Virus record (IMG/VR): IMGVR_UViG_3300048590_000360
Coordinates: 4,202-68,201 of that record
Strand: one strand, 5' to 3'
Length of the DNA: 64,000 nucleotides
Source of the DNA: a virus
A model generated the notes under the pieces. That model did not search any database. It was not told where the DNA came from and was given only the letters and a program-made list of their open reading frames with translations. This document shows, piece by piece, positions 44,403 to 53,349 of this stretch. The position numbers were made by a program, and so were the translations under genes. The stretch's first letter is position 1; the number at the start of each line of letters is the position of its first letter.

Positions 44403-45002
44403 CTACGAGAACACCGACCAACTACCATCTTTCTTATTTATTTTCATTACGCCTTTCTTTGACAAATCTTTATCGTATGGATTTTCAAGAAACAAAAACT
44501 CTGTACTTTCCATTGATTTTAAAGAGTTACAATAAAATTCGCCTGTTTCAATGTTGTAGTAATTGCTATCAACTGAATAAATGCAACTACCCTTTTTTAT
44601 GTAAGGGCTTTTAAATTGGTCAAATTCTTTTTTCTCAACTCCGTTTTTATCAATTATGCACCAGCGACCTTCTAAATGTTTTCTTTGTAATTCAAGTTCT
44701 TTTCGACTTTTATTTGGATAGCATTTTTTAATAAAATCATAATCATAAATTGCTTCTACATATTTAAGAAGCATAAAATAATCTTGTTTTATATCACCCC
44801 CAAATCCACCAACACGATAAAGCGATTTGCTTATTAATTCACCATTTTTTGTAAGGCAAACAAAATCATTACTATTATTATTCCACTCATTCAAATAATC
44901 TTGATTAACCTGAATAGGGGATAACTGCAAAGCACTACTGCCAACATCTGCTTTATGCAAGTGGGGCTGAACTGCTAAATTGAACATTTGTAATTCTATC
45001 AT
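44403..45002 (-). CDS. cassette ORF B2, hypothetical
   Basis: 199-aa ORF. Confidence 0.6.
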   Translation of the reverse strand: MIELQMFNLAVQPHLHKADVGSSALQLSPIQVNQDYLNEWNNNSNDFVCLTKNGELISKSLYRVGGFGGDIKQDYFMLLKYVEAIYDYDFIKKCYPNKSRKELELQRKHLEGRWCIIDKNGVEKKEFDQFKSPYIKKGSCIYSVDSNYYNIETGEFYCNSLKSMESTEFLFLENPYDKDLSKKGVMKINKKDGSWSVFS

Positions 45003-45038
45003 CTTTTGTACTTTATTTAAACATTAGTTTTTCAAATT

Positions 45039-45071
45039 CCCCACCTGACATAAAGCAGTGGGCGTTATGCT
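45039..45071 (+). repeat. attC-like element (variant class)
   Basis: CCCAC..GTGGG hairpin then C-GTTATGCT. The B3 stop TAA lies inside the core. Confidence 0.45.
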
Positions 45072-45271
45072 CCATTGCTACGGAAGTACTCAGAATTAGC
45101 ATTTGAGATAACATTTTTATTCTTTTCTTCCTTCGCTTTGAAATAAGAAACAAGAATACTTTCAACCGTGTTATTAAAACTTGGTCTGTTTGTTTCTTCC
45201 CGTTCTTTTTCTATTGCTTCAACTAACCAATCGTTTTTGTCAGTTAGTTTTAATGATATTCTCTTACTCAT
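45065..45271 (-). CDS. cassette ORF B3, ribbon-helix-helix protein
   Basis: MSKRISLKLTDKNDWLVEAIEKE.. has an N-terminal beta-strand plus two helices. Paralog of 47065..47250. Confidence 0.5.
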   Translation of the reverse strand: MSKRISLKLTDKNDWLVEAIEKEREETNRPSFNNTVESILVSYFKAKEEKNKNVISNANSEYFRSNGA

Positions 45272-45272
45272 A

Positions 45273-45572
45273 TTACCACCAAATTCTTAATCCAATACAC
45301 CAATTTTCTTCTGCATCCTTATATGAATACATATTAGATAACAAACCAAGTTCTTCTATTTTAACTTGTGCTTTTTCTAAAGAACGCCTCAATAAACCAT
45401 CCATATTTGGTGCGTTACCAATATGCAATTCATTTTTACCTTCTTTAGCAGCATCAACCAATCTTTTCTCTAAATTAATTAATTTGCTGTTAGCCATTTC
45501 TTCAATAGCTTGTTCAACAGTCTGCTTTGTGTTTTTCGCAGTAATTTCTTTAAGTTTATCTGTTGTAATCAT
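45273..45572 (-). CDS. cassette ORF B4, hypothetical (upstream partner of RHH)
   Basis: 99-aa ORF, 1 nt from B3, behind the -7 box at 45601. Confidence 0.55.
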   Translation of the reverse strand: MITTDKLKEITAKNTKQTVEQAIEEMANSKLINLEKRLVDAAKEGKNELHIGNAPNMDGLLRRSLEKAQVKIEELGLLSNMYSYKDAEENWCIGLRIWW

Positions 45573-45600
45573 AATTATCTTGTTTTATTAATTTATACGT

Positions 45601-45608
45601 CAAAGGTA
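45601..45608 (-). promoter_or_regulatory. -7 box TACCTTTG
   Basis: 28 nt before the ATG at 45572; TTTGAAAC lies upstream. Confidence 0.45.
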
Positions 45609-45742
45609 ATACTTTTGTTTCAAATAACCTAATCTTTTTTCAATTATTTTTTAAAGCGTTGATAATCAGCCACCACACAAAAGAATAAAAATGTTTGTAG
45701 TGCTTCGATTGAAAGAATGTACTAAATTGACCGCAACGAGAG

Positions 45743-45838
45743 CATAACACGTGCTATAAGCAAGTTTGCCAATAACATTTGTGCTAAATTTGAACATTTC
45801 TGCAAGGCAAACCTGCTCATAGCACCATACGTTGTGCG
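45743..45838 (+). repeat. attC-like imperfect inverted repeat (20-bp stem)
   Basis: CATAAC-AC-GTGCTATAAGCAAGTTTGCC..35 nt..GGCAAACCTGCTCATAGCAC-CATAC-GTTGTGCG. Confidence 0.65.
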
Positions 45839-45841
45839 TAA

Positions 45842-46057
45842 TTAAAGTATCTCTACCAATTTACCACTTTCCAATATTTTGGTTAGGCAATTGCCACACC
45901 TATTTTGTACTGCCGATTCTCCAATAACTTGAAACCTAATCAAGTCATTTAATTTATGATATTCGCCACATCCTAAGCAATTATAACTACGCACAACATT
46001 ATGTATAGCACATTGCTTTTCTACCTTTTTGCTAAATAATTTCTTAATCCAGTTCAT
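45842..46057 (-). CDS. cassette ORF B5, zinc-ribbon-like
   Basis: CLGCG..CGNC pairs. Confidence 0.5.
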   Translation of the reverse strand: MNWIKKLFSKKVEKQCAIHNVVRSYNCLGCGEYHKLNDLIRFQVIGESAVQNRCGNCLTKILESGKLVEIL

Positions 46058-46081
46058 ATTGTTTTTAATTTAGGTTAGTTG

Positions 46082-46128
46082 TGGCAACGTGCCATACACT
46101 CGTCCGTTAGCCGTAATGCCGTTAGACA
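46082..46128 (+). repeat. attC-like element (variant) with two adjacent cores
   Basis: TGGCA-acg-TGCCA, ..CGTCC-GTTAGCCGTAATGCC-GTTAGACA. Confidence 0.45.
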
Positions 46129-46448
46129 TCATCATCACCTTTGACAAGTTCCAACTGACCGACATAGAAATCGCCACAATCTTTTTTATATGCAATGTTT
46201 TTTTGCTTAAATGTTTCTTCTAAATCAGCTTGACATAAGCAATAATCAAGTTCAAGCGTATTGTAATAGTCCTCTTTTATTGGCAAAAAACCAAAGTGAG
46301 TTTCAAATTCTCGTGGCGTTCCTATTTCTACTTCGCCTCTATTTATTACTACGATATGGCACATACGGCTAACAGCGTGTTTATGCAAGCGGGCGGACAG
46401 CTTGCGGTTAATATTTAAGTTCGTGCTATGCCCGCCTGACATAAACAC
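46122..46448 (-). CDS. cassette ORF B6, hypothetical
   Basis: The longest ORF reads through the hairpin at 46368..46463. The internal ATG at 46364 (MCHIVVINRG.., 80 aa) is the more likely start. Confidence 0.45.
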   Translation of the reverse strand: MFMSGGHSTNLNINRKLSARLHKHAVSRMCHIVVINRGEVEIGTPREFETHFGFLPIKEDYYNTLELDYCLCQADLEETFKQKNIAYKKDCGDFYVGQLELVKGDDDV

Positions 46449-46463
46449 GCAAAACGTTAGGCG
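46368..46463 (+). repeat. attC-like imperfect inverted repeat
   Basis: GCTAAC-A-GCGTGTTTATG-caa-GCGGGC..GCCCGC-ctga-CATAAACACGC-AAAAC-GTTAGGCG (perfect 11-bp and 6-bp stems). Confidence 0.7.
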
Positions 46464-46468
46464 TAATG

Positions 46469-46690
46469 CTAATCAACCGAAATTAATTTAGCATAGACCA
46501 TTTTTGTATCGAAATGTTCCTCCAAAACTTTAGTTATTTCTTCTATTGAAATATCATCAGCATTTTTAGGGTTAAATCCATATTCCCATTTACAATATTC
46601 ATCATCTATTGTAATGATAAAAGCACTACGCCTAACAGCACCTAAATCGCTATTGGCTGTTTTGTGGTTAATTGATTTTTCGTGTTCCAT
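46469..46690 (-). CDS. cassette ORF B7, hypothetical
   Basis: 73-aa ORF. Confidence 0.55.
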   Translation of the reverse strand: MEHEKSINHKTANSDLGAVRRSAFIITIDDEYCKWEYGFNPKNADDISIEEITKVLEEHFDTKMVYAKLISVD

Positions 46691-46731
46691 TGTTACTTTA
46701 TTTTAAGTTGATAATTCTTTGTTTTAAATCG

Positions 46732-46763
46732 CCAACAGCGTTTAGCTGCGGAACCGTTATAAA
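46732..46763 (+). repeat. minimal/degenerate attC-like element
   Basis: CCAAC-A-GCG..GC-GGAACC-GTTATAAA. Confidence 0.35.
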
Positions 46764-46771
46764 ACAGTTTG

Positions 46772-46993
46772 CTATTCAAATTTATCACTCCAACATTTCA
46801 TACTGCAACACGGGGCATACTTGCTATTCATCGGCTTACCGCAATCGCAAACCGATTTTATAACATGGGCTAAACCCAATGCTTGCATTATCGTTTCATA
46901 ATAAAATCCCAAATTACATTCTTCATTTTGTACTCCTTTTTCATATACTTTAAACAGTAGTTTCTCTATTTGCTTTCTTTTTTGCTTTGCCAT
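46772..46993 (-). CDS. cassette ORF B8, Cys-rich
   Basis: 73 aa, CDCG..CCSMKC. Confidence 0.55.
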   Translation of the reverse strand: MAKQKRKQIEKLLFKVYEKGVQNEECNLGFYYETIMQALGLAHVIKSVCDCGKPMNSKYAPCCSMKCWSDKFE

Positions 46994-47037
46994 TTCAATT
47001 AAATTTTGTTGTTAATAGTCGCACTGTGTTTAGCCCC

Positions 47038-47050
47038 GTTCCGTTATGCT
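47038..47050 (+). repeat. hairpin-less boundary GTTCC-GTTATGCT
   Basis: Start of the duplicated RHH unit. Confidence 0.4.
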
Positions 47051-47064
47051 CCATTGCTACGGAA

Positions 47065-47250
47065 CTACTCCGAATTAGCATTTGTGGTAACATTTTTATT
47101 CTTTTCTTCCTTCGCTTTAAAATAAGAAACAAGAATACTTTCAACAGTATTGTTAAAACTCGGTCTATTGGTTTGCTCCTGTTCTTTATTTATCGCTTCA
47201 ACTAACCAATCGTTTTTGTCGGTTAGTTTTAATGATATTCTTTTACTCAT
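47065..47250 (-). CDS. cassette ORF B9, ribbon-helix-helix protein (paralog of B3)
   Basis: About 90% DNA identity by eye to 45064..45271, from the GTTATGC core to the start codon. Confidence 0.5.
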   Translation of the reverse strand: MSKRISLKLTDKNDWLVEAINKEQEQTNRPSFNNTVESILVSYFKAKEEKNKNVTTNANSE

Positions 47251-47449
47251 TTGTTTTCACCTTAATTTCCCACCATTCGTAAAAATCCATTCCTGATTTA
47301 CCTAAACTTTCACCAACAATTGCTGGTTCATCTGTCATTCCTTCCATGTAACCATCATTATATGCTTCATCAGCAATATTTTTAATGAAATCAGTAGCAT
47401 GTTGTTCGCTCAAACCGAGTTTTACAAGTAATTCAATTCTATTTTTCAT
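47243..47449 (-). CDS. cassette ORF B10, hypothetical (upstream partner of RHH)
   Basis: 68-aa acidic ORF overlapping B9 by 8 nt. Confidence 0.5.
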   Translation of the reverse strand: MKNRIELLVKLGLSEQHATDFIKNIADEAYNDGYMEGMTDEPAIVGESLGKSGMDFYEWWEIKVKTNE

Positions 47450-47514
47450 ATCTTTAAATGTTGCTTATCATAAAGATTGAAACGCAATGAAAATACAAAA
47501 GGTTACAACCAAAA

Positions 47515-48303
47515 TCAGATTCCTTTAATTTTATTCATTTCAGCATACTGAATGAGTTGTTCTTCCCTGATAGATATACCAAGTAATGCAAGAACACCCA
47601 TTGCTATTTTATTGAAAGATTCTTCTGGTGCGTCAATATCAATAGATGATGATGAATCATACACCGGTCTTTCATTAGATATGATATACCCCCATACAGG
47701 GGTTTGCGGCTCCCGTAAATAAGTCAAAAACACATCCTGAATACCTTTCTTCGGATATATCTGAATGTATTCGCCAAACAATGTACATATCGGAAATTCC
47801 ACTGTAGGCATTCTTATAGAGGAATCAAGATACGTAGCAACCTCATCATCTCTTACAAGGTTCACGTTTTTTTCGTAAGTTATGACGGGTCTTGTTTCTG
47901 TATTATTTGGACTATACCCACATATATTTGAATCTTTATCACCAGAATAAACTTTATATACAACCCTTAACGATGAAAAATGGAGGTACTTCCCTAACTT
48001 TGTTCCTGTTTTATCTTTGGTAGTTCCATCCGGAACGGTTATTTTACCTTCAGAGTTAGGGGATAATGGTGCGGTAACTTTCAAATGTCTGAGATTATCA
48101 ATAATCTTAGTAGTCATCTCGTAAGCATATCGTGGAACGGGTCTGCCTGGTTGGTATTCTTCTTCGTTACCATACTGCTTAGAAGTCCATTCCCATAATG
48201 CCTGTCTTACAATACTATTGAACCTTACAGGGGGTATAGTGCCTTTCCCGTTTTTATTTGAAACGGTGTCAACAAATTGTTTGAAGTTATTAATATTTAT
48301 CAT
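47515..48303 (-). CDS. virion structural protein candidate
   Basis: 262-aa ORF at the end of the tail-gene train. Confidence 0.55.
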   Translation of the reverse strand: MININNFKQFVDTVSNKNGKGTIPPVRFNSIVRQALWEWTSKQYGNEEEYQPGRPVPRYAYEMTTKIIDNLRHLKVTAPLSPNSEGKITVPDGTTKDKTGTKLGKYLHFSSLRVVYKVYSGDKDSNICGYSPNNTETRPVITYEKNVNLVRDDEVATYLDSSIRMPTVEFPICTLFGEYIQIYPKKGIQDVFLTYLREPQTPVWGYIISNERPVYDSSSSIDIDAPEESFNKIAMGVLALLGISIREEQLIQYAEMNKIKGI

Positions 48304-48305
48304 AG

Positions 48306-49745
48306 TTATCTTATTTCACTCCATTTAAAGGAAGCTAATACTGAAGCATCTGTTCCGGATGTTCTTATTGCTGCAATCGTTAATATTCCACTTTCGTCAC
48401 CTTGTCTATCCCAAAGTACATTTCGGCCTAATATCCCCGATTGATCTTCTAAGCTATTTTTAGACGTTGCAACGTATTCTGAGTGGACAATATGCCCATT
48501 GGTGTATGCTGTAGCTGCTATATCGTATTCCATTCCAGACTGTGTAGTATCAACATTATTCCATGAAGCATTAGTTAATAGACAGTCATGTATTACAATA
48601 AGTTTTATCGGGTTATCTGTTTGAATTGTGAAACTTAAAGGAATGTATATACCTAAGTTTGGTATTGAATTAAATGTGCTTCTTGGCCTGATAGAAATCA
48701 ATGGCACTAAAGAGGTACTGATAGTTTTGGTTGTAGTTCCTCTATCTGCAACTCTGTTAAACGCTGGGATATCGAATAAATCATTTCCTCCTTCACTTTT
48801 CACTGTGGCACAGATTCCAGTCATAGTGGCTGAAGCATTTATAGGAATACGATAACAGAACCCTATACCGTTGCTTTCATTACCATATCCTATTTCCATG
48901 TAGGTATATGTAGCATCATTGTAGATTCTGTAACAGACAGGAAGATTCGGTGTTTGCCAATATCCTGTATTTCTCCTGTTGTCGTTTTTTATCTCATGGA
49001 GACAAGTTATTATCCCATCTCTATTAATCATGTATCTTATTCTACCAACTTTTAACGATTGGAAGTCTAATTCAAAGATTTGGCTTTTATCCCAACTGAT
49101 ATCTGTATTAGGATAATCCCATTCGGATTGTGGTACTAATGTAGTAACCGCTGTTCCTGACACGGATGAACGTAGAAAAATGAATGCAGTTCCACCACTG
49201 ATAGATGCATAATTTAAGACTCCTGTAATAGATATAAACTGAGAACATCCCGGTGTATAAGGGATAGGGTAACTTGATAATACAGCACCGTCTCCGGTTC
49301 CAGTTGCCACGACTGATAATAGTGCGTGCCTTTTATCAGCGTCGTGTGTTATTGTGCCATTCCCGTTTTCAATCTTATCGAATAACTCTTCCTGAAGGTC
49401 GTAATTAAATTCAGCATCGAATCTGTCACCGTTCTCAGATACTCTTAACCGGCCAAAGGAATCTAAGTTCACGGAATCAGCGAACTTTGTTAAGACTGTT
49501 TCGTATGTTGGGATTATTTCAGGGGCTTCATATTCATCAATCCAAGATTGTATTTCCACTACATATTCTTCCAATGTTTCAAAGTCAGGGACTGTTATTT
49601 CTTGGAAAGGGATTGTTACTTCACCAACAATTAATTGGCCATTCTCTGCATATACTGATAAATCTGCTTTTGAATAAAAGCGAATATCCTTATCATTATT
49701 ATTGATACGGATACGGTCATCGTCATAATTATACAGTTTATACAT
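48306..49745 (-). CDS. virion structural (tail) protein candidate
   Basis: 479-aa beta-rich ORF. Confidence 0.55.
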   Translation of the reverse strand: MYKLYNYDDDRIRINNNDKDIRFYSKADLSVYAENGQLIVGEVTIPFQEITVPDFETLEEYVVEIQSWIDEYEAPEIIPTYETVLTKFADSVNLDSFGRLRVSENGDRFDAEFNYDLQEELFDKIENGNGTITHDADKRHALLSVVATGTGDGAVLSSYPIPYTPGCSQFISITGVLNYASISGGTAFIFLRSSVSGTAVTTLVPQSEWDYPNTDISWDKSQIFELDFQSLKVGRIRYMINRDGIITCLHEIKNDNRRNTGYWQTPNLPVCYRIYNDATYTYMEIGYGNESNGIGFCYRIPINASATMTGICATVKSEGGNDLFDIPAFNRVADRGTTTKTISTSLVPLISIRPRSTFNSIPNLGIYIPLSFTIQTDNPIKLIVIHDCLLTNASWNNVDTTQSGMEYDIAATAYTNGHIVHSEYVATSKNSLEDQSGILGRNVLWDRQGDESGILTIAAIRTSGTDASVLASFKWSEIR

Positions 49746-49974
49746 TATCTATTAATTCCCTAATTTGAATAATAAGTTCGTCAGTGGTATTCCCGTTTGG
49801 AGTAGTAATACTTGAAGGTGTTAAGGATACAACTCTTGTTTCATCACCGATATATATTAATCCATTTTGGGCGTACACATAAGCAGAATCTTTTTGTATG
49901 ATGAAGATATTGTCATTATCAACAACGACTCTTAATAATCCCAATGTGCTATTTTGGTTTACAACTTTAGCCAT
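49738..49974 (-). CDS. hypothetical protein
   Basis: 78-aa ORF. Its N-terminal motif (IF.QKDSAYVYAQNGLIYIG) resembles the start of the next gene (RFYSKADLSVYAENGQLIVG). Confidence 0.5.
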   Translation of the reverse strand: MAKVVNQNSTLGLLRVVVDNDNIFIIQKDSAYVYAQNGLIYIGDETRVVSLTPSSITTPNGNTTDELIIQIRELIDNV

Positions 49975-51704
49975 TATGACCTTGTTAGTTTAACTGTTGC
50001 AATTCCTTTCCCCCCTTTGGTTGTTTTCGCAGTGGTAAGTGTCATAACATCATCTGCCGCAAAAGTATTGTTAGACGAAGGTGTTAAGGTAAATGCTGTA
50101 CCGATTGTACTACTTGCAGTCAGTGTTATGGTACCCATACTTGCTGCTGAGTTATCTTTACAGACTACTGTGGCGTCATCTGTTGCAGCAATATTCTTAG
50201 AAACGGCAACGTACACATGGCTTACTGTACAAGCAAAAGGTATTTTAATCTTCATGTCGCCTACTTCATCTGTCTCAAAACTTACGGGTACTGTTATCAT
50301 TTCATAATTCAGTCTTGGGGCTAATTTTGCGACGGTAACTGCCGCATCATAGATATCAACGGTTGCAATACGGTACCCTGCATCTGGGGACACTAAAATA
50401 TCTACAGCCCATGTGGTTCCATTATACCAACATTCTATAATCAATCCTCCAACAAGGGCTTCGTGCGCTGTTAATGCCTTGCCTCCGATTGTCACTGAAT
50501 AACTTCCTACAGTTACGTTCCCATTGTAACGTATATAGAAATGGTCGCCTTTAATTGCATCTGTTGTACTTAGTGATATAGCATAGTTTCCTGAAGATAA
50601 AGAAACGGCACCAGACACATCAATAAACCGTTCATCGGTATTTGCAGTAAGTGTTATTGTTGTGTTGTTGGCTACAGTAAGACTTCTTGTAGCATATAAG
50701 GTTGGTGAAATAAGCGGCTGTAATGCTGTACGTATTACTGACACTGTAGGCATTGCATTTCCGGTGCGGAATAATTCGTAATATGTTGCCCCTGCAACGT
50801 CCCACATTAAAGCAATTTTATCGGCTTTATTCCCTAAAACTGCGCTATTAGTACCTGATAATACTATATTCCCTTGCCCTGACCTTACTGTGATTGTCTT
50901 TGCAGTGTTTGGTTCTAAAATAAGTATATCCCCATCAACTTGTCCAGCGAATAGTATTGAATCTAAATTAGTACTTGAACCACTTGTGTCAATTGTGATA
51001 ATTTCAATAGCAGATTGGCGCATCCCATTATTGGTACGGATTAATGTCCCAGCAGAGTTCACTGAATACTCAAACCTTTTTATATTTCCTTGTAGTCCCT
51101 GTGGGATTATGTCTGAGGATATTTCAATAGCGTTGGTCAAACTTGTCGAACTTGCTGCTGTACCACATGAACATCCGGTGGAATCAAAATCCGCATTGAT
51201 AAAGAATCTATAACCGTACACTCCGTCATATAACGTATTTCCGTCACTTCCCCCATCCAAGGTTAATGTTGACGTGAAAGTAGCGTCCCCTGTATTTGTG
51301 ATTACTATTGCATATCCGTTTTCCGCGGCACCCCCTGTTTTAGTGAAAATTGCAATATTTCTGTTACTTCTATATGCTGAATAGGTACCGTAATCATTAA
51401 TAGCGTCAACGATATCGTTTGCAATATCTATAACAGCGTCTCCGTTAAGATATGATATGGTACTCATTATAGCGGAACCGTTAATATCTATATCTACGTT
51501 TCCCCCACTTGTAGGTACTGTTGCACCAATCGTAATAAGGTTGTATGCGTTACGTGGCGCGTTACTCCATACCGTTGCTCCGGCAGCCTTTAACCTTCTG
51601 GCACCATCTTCATTGTTCGTGAATGAACTTACTATCGTTGTCCCGTCGGTAGCAACAATATAAACCTTCCCTGTTCCGTTACCAAGATATTGTATTGCAC
51701 TCAT
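49974..51704 (-). CDS. tail fibre/spike-like protein
   Basis: 576 aa, Thr/Ser/Gly/Ala/Asn-rich beta repeats. Confidence 0.5.
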   Translation of the reverse strand: MSAIQYLGNGTGKVYIVATDGTTIVSSFTNNEDGARRLKAAGATVWSNAPRNAYNLITIGATVPTSGGNVDIDINGSAIMSTISYLNGDAVIDIANDIVDAINDYGTYSAYRSNRNIAIFTKTGGAAENGYAIVITNTGDATFTSTLTLDGGSDGNTLYDGVYGYRFFINADFDSTGCSCGTAASSTSLTNAIEISSDIIPQGLQGNIKRFEYSVNSAGTLIRTNNGMRQSAIEIITIDTSGSSTNLDSILFAGQVDGDILILEPNTAKTITVRSGQGNIVLSGTNSAVLGNKADKIALMWDVAGATYYELFRTGNAMPTVSVIRTALQPLISPTLYATRSLTVANNTTITLTANTDERFIDVSGAVSLSSGNYAISLSTTDAIKGDHFYIRYNGNVTVGSYSVTIGGKALTAHEALVGGLIIECWYNGTTWAVDILVSPDAGYRIATVDIYDAAVTVAKLAPRLNYEMITVPVSFETDEVGDMKIKIPFACTVSHVYVAVSKNIAATDDATVVCKDNSAASMGTITLTASSTIGTAFTLTPSSNNTFAADDVMTLTTAKTTKGGKGIATVKLTRS

Positions 51705-53278
51705 TATGCGTCAAGTTTAATGATTATAGTATGTGAAGTGATATTATCGTCTAAGAATACTGCTTTGCCGTATGTCGCCCATCCTGGATTTGCTCTTTCA
51801 ATCAAACTGAATGTTACTGAATCCGTTCCATAAGAAGTTATAGTAACATCGAATTCTATTCCGCTTACCACTTGTACATAAGGGTAAATTGGCGTGGTAT
51901 CTCCTGATGTAGCCTTAAAGGATGAAAGTGTAAAACTATTCGGTGATGTCTCCCATATCGTATATGTAGAAGCATTATTATTAACGATACTCACACCCGA
52001 AGTAGTAAACACTGAACCATATTTCTTACTCTTAACTGCTGTAAGTGTAGGCACTAATCCTGCTGTTTTATTTGAAACAATTTGTAACTCATAAAAGAAT
52101 GAATCTGGATTGTCTGTTGTGGCTGAATTGGTAATTGTATAAGTAACTGTACCGTCGGCTGCTGTGGATGAAGATATAGTTATTCCTGTTCCAGCAGCAA
52201 AGTCCAACACTGACATGTTATTCAGTTTATTGTACAGTGCAGTCTGTAATGAAACAGTATAGGTTGTTTGTCCACCAGATTCTACTTCAGTAACGGTCAC
52301 TCCATTTCCTGCCTCTACAATGATATTTGCGACAATTCCTGCAAGACCGGTAAGTAATACGGGAGTTCCTTCAGAGCAACCACAATCATCATTGAAGTCT
52401 CCTAATGCACGGATATCGGCAAGGTAAGCACTAACATGTGTTTGTTTGCCGCATTCAATGGCTTGTTTAGCCAATGACATAATACTAATAGCTTTTTGTA
52501 ATTTCGTTAAAGCATCATTTCCGTATGTAGTTCCTTTTGCATTTGTCCAAGTATTCCAAAGTTTCCAAAGTCCGCAATATACATCGCAAAGGTTCGGGTC
52601 ACATTGAACGTCTAATTTATGGGTGCAAGTAAGTAAGTCCTTAATATAGATTCCACTTCCCATTGAATAAGTTAAGGTAGAACTTAGTGTAAGGTTATAT
52701 ACCAGAATACTATTCTTAACAACGTACACTGAAGTAGTACTAATTGTACTTGTTGTGCCTGTTACGTCTGAAGTATTGGCTACGGCAGGATATACGATTC
52801 TGAAGTCACGTAATACTGTTGGAGCAACTCCCCCTGTAGTATATGAAGTATTATCTGTACCGGTAATTCGTGGAATATTACAATCAACTGTGCCGCCTAT
52901 AGATAATGATACGGGGCTATAATTAAGTGTGTATGTTTTTGTTTTTGTAACGTCATAAGCAACGTCAATACTTGCGCCAGAGATTCTAACCTGATATGTT
53001 ACACTGTAGGCTCCTTGTTGAACAGATCCGTCACCCATTAATGGAAGTGAAATGGAATTATTAATGAGTGAAACGTCAGCATCAATATCAGGTTCGGTAT
53101 GGTCTGAATTGGCGTAAATCGTTGTTCCGTCTGGGGCTGTTATGTTGGTAATACATCCTGTGGCTACTGTTGTAGATACGGAAGCTCCTGCATAATCTGA
53201 AGTATCTTGAAGAATGAATACCTTTGGGCTGGAACTATAATCGAATGTTAAATTAAAATCTGCTGATGAAAGTGCCAT
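51704..53278 (-). CDS. tail fibre/spike-like protein
   Basis: 524 aa, Thr/Ser/Val-rich. Own -7 box lies 17 nt upstream. Confidence 0.5.
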   Translation of the reverse strand: MALSSADFNLTFDYSSSPKVFILQDTSDYAGASVSTTVATGCITNITAPDGTTIYANSDHTEPDIDADVSLINNSISLPLMGDGSVQQGAYSVTYQVRISGASIDVAYDVTKTKTYTLNYSPVSLSIGGTVDCNIPRITGTDNTSYTTGGVAPTVLRDFRIVYPAVANTSDVTGTTSTISTTSVYVVKNSILVYNLTLSSTLTYSMGSGIYIKDLLTCTHKLDVQCDPNLCDVYCGLWKLWNTWTNAKGTTYGNDALTKLQKAISIMSLAKQAIECGKQTHVSAYLADIRALGDFNDDCGCSEGTPVLLTGLAGIVANIIVEAGNGVTVTEVESGGQTTYTVSLQTALYNKLNNMSVLDFAAGTGITISSSTAADGTVTYTITNSATTDNPDSFFYELQIVSNKTAGLVPTLTAVKSKKYGSVFTTSGVSIVNNNASTYTIWETSPNSFTLSSFKATSGDTTPIYPYVQVVSGIEFDVTITSYGTDSVTFSLIERANPGWATYGKAVFLDDNITSHTIIIKLDA

Positions 53279-53295
53279 ATTTATAATATTTGCAA

Positions 53296-53303
53296 CAAAG
53301 ATA
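53296..53303 (-). promoter_or_regulatory. -7 box TATCTTTG
   Basis: 17 nt before the ATG at 53278. Confidence 0.45.
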
Positions 53304-53349
53304 CATAAAACAATGTAACCTTTATTTTAGGCTTTCGTATATTGCCGAT

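Larger units (their letters stand above)
44095..47050. mobile_element. integron-like cassette array B (about 8 units)
   Basis: Cores at 44095, 44390, 45064, 45831, 46106/46121, 46456, 46756 and 47043, with small same-strand ORFs between them. Confidence 0.45.

Noticed and set aside
46365-46448. Long form of ORF B6 reading through the hairpin at 46368-46463
   Set aside because: The extra 28 codons are encoded entirely by the conserved site, and an internal ATG at 46364 gives an 80-aa product. The long coordinates are kept in the feature list, with this caveat noted.
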